Positions 62,938 to 64,000 of a DNA stretch of 64,000 nt are shown here, piece after piece. Under the pieces are notes generated by a model. It had not been told where the DNA came from and did no database searches. It was given only the letters and a program-made list of their open reading frames with translations. Both the position numbers and the translations under genes were made by a program. Within the stretch, counting starts at the first letter, position 1. Every line of letters begins with the position of its first letter. The DNA comes from Clostridia bacterium. GTDB taxonomy: Bacteria > Bacillota > Clostridia > Oscillospirales > CAG-272. Location of the stretch: positions 3,530 through 67,529 of the forward strand of contig JAFTKO010000012.1 in NCBI GenBank assembly GCA_017453205.1. Direction: 5' to 3'.

Positions 62938-63564
62938 TCATACGCCGCTCTTCAAAAGAGGAGCGATGGCGTCAAAGTAATGTTTGCCGATGAACTCGGC
63001 ACCGTTTGCGTTGGGGTGCACACCGTCAGCCGAGTAGAATTTGGGCTCGGGCTGGGTTTTCAGTGCCTCCTCAAACAGCTTGTCAAGCGGAACATAAATG
63101 TCCGCAAATTCGTCGGCAAGCGAACGGATGATGGGAAGAAGACGTTCCAGCTCGGGTCTCCACGCTTCCTTTTCCTCGTTGTCAAGGAGGAAAGGAGAGA
63201 GCATGACGATCTTGGCATGGGTCTGTTTTTTCAACCGTTCCAAAATTGCGCGGTAGTTTGTTGCTACCTGTTCATCGGTGGTCTCGATGCGTCCCGCACC
63301 GTGGCGATGCCAAATGTCGTTGATGCCGATTAGGATCGAAATAATGTCGGGCTCAAATGCGATGGCGTCGGTGTAAAGTCTGTCAAAGAGCTGACAGGTG
63401 CGGTTGCCGCTGATGCCCATGTTGATAAATTCAAATTCAACATTGGGAAAAGCTTCTGCGATCAGCGCGGAGGCATATTTGGGATAACCGTTGCCCATAT
63501 CATGGTAGTTCCGCTTGTCTCTGCCCGCATCGGTGATGCTGTCACCTTGAAATACGATTTTCAT
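62938..63564 (-). CDS. SGNH/GDSL hydrolase
   Basis: GDSITD, GISGN, IGIND, DGVHP. Confidence 0.93.
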   Translation of the reverse strand: MKIVFQGDSITDAGRDKRNYHDMGNGYPKYASALIAEAFPNVEFEFINMGISGNRTCQLFDRLYTDAIAFEPDIISILIGINDIWHRHGAGRIETTDEQVATNYRAILERLKKQTHAKIVMLSPFLLDNEEKEAWRPELERLLPIIRSLADEFADIYVPLDKLFEEALKTQPEPKFYSADGVHPNANGAEFIGKHYFDAIAPLLKSGV

Positions 63565-63594
63565 AATATTTCTCCTTCTTATGGATGGAAAGAA

Positions 63595-64000
63595 TCAGAG
63601 GATGACCTCACCGTAAACCTCGCCGAATGCGCAAGCGGCGTTGCACTCATCGGTGTCGATGTGCATTGCAAGCGCGTAGGTCGGGTTTACACGACATACA
63701 ACATCATCAAAAACAGTGGTACGGGAATCGTTTGCGATCTTGACCTTGACGATCTGCTTGTCAACAATGCCGAATGCCTTTGCATCCTCGGGAGTCATGT
63801 GGATATGTCTCTTTGCAATGATCACACCCTCGGCAATATCGATCTCACCTGCGGGACCTACCAGCTTCAGCCCCGGGGTGCCTGCAATGTCACCGCTCTC
63901 GCGAACGGGAACCGCTTTCAGTCCCAAAGTACGAGCATCGGTAAACGAAAGCTCGACTTGATTTGCCTTACGCGTAGGACCGAGAACACTGACTGCCAAG
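63595..64000 (-). CDS. pduL: Phosphate propanoyltransferase PduL (5' end outside window)
   Basis: VLGPTR..QVELS, PVRESGD, AKRHIHM, MHIDTDECNA. Confidence 0.9.
   Translation of the reverse strand, partial: LAVSVLGPTRKANQVELSFTDARTLGLKAVPVRESGDIAGTPGLKLVGPAGEIDIAEGVIIAKRHIHMTPEDAKAFGIVDKQIVKVKIANDSRTTVFDDVVCRVNPTYALAMHIDTDECNAACAFGEVYGEVIL

Overview
A 64-kb, mostly housekeeping chromosomal segment of an anaerobic Firmicute (Clostridia-like gene content, sigma-A promoters, CIRCE and Rex boxes). It holds a cpsBCD-type BY-kinase/phosphatase trio, a LysR gene followed by an adhE-kinase-2x ferredoxin-HydS(PAS)-PP2C-[FeFe]-hydrogenase operon, a GH2 beta-galactosidase, csp, gap, manA, dusB, rpsU, a GlpA-like/FAD oxidoreductase/DUF1667 trio, a GATase-less guaA, groESL, nfnAB, an ECF sigma/anti-sigma pair, gdhA, glpK, two giant acidic membrane proteins, LRR (BspA-like) proteins, the GGGtGRT/NifU-like pair and a partial pduL. 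I saw no tRNA, rRNA, CRISPR array, integrase or transposase. The most interesting signals are: (1) a two-gene membrane system whose proteins share a three-segment membrane module, one with a large surface ectodomain and the other with a C-terminal ribosomal uL15-like domain; (2) an unannotated ~120-nt structured RNA with its own promoter and terminator in front of adhE, whose promoter copies the adhE promoter architecture; (3) several dispersed structured repeat families with compensatory changes; (4) a long structured leader with a terminator ahead of an AT-rich LRR gene. All calls come from reading the sequence and translations by eye; no searches were run.
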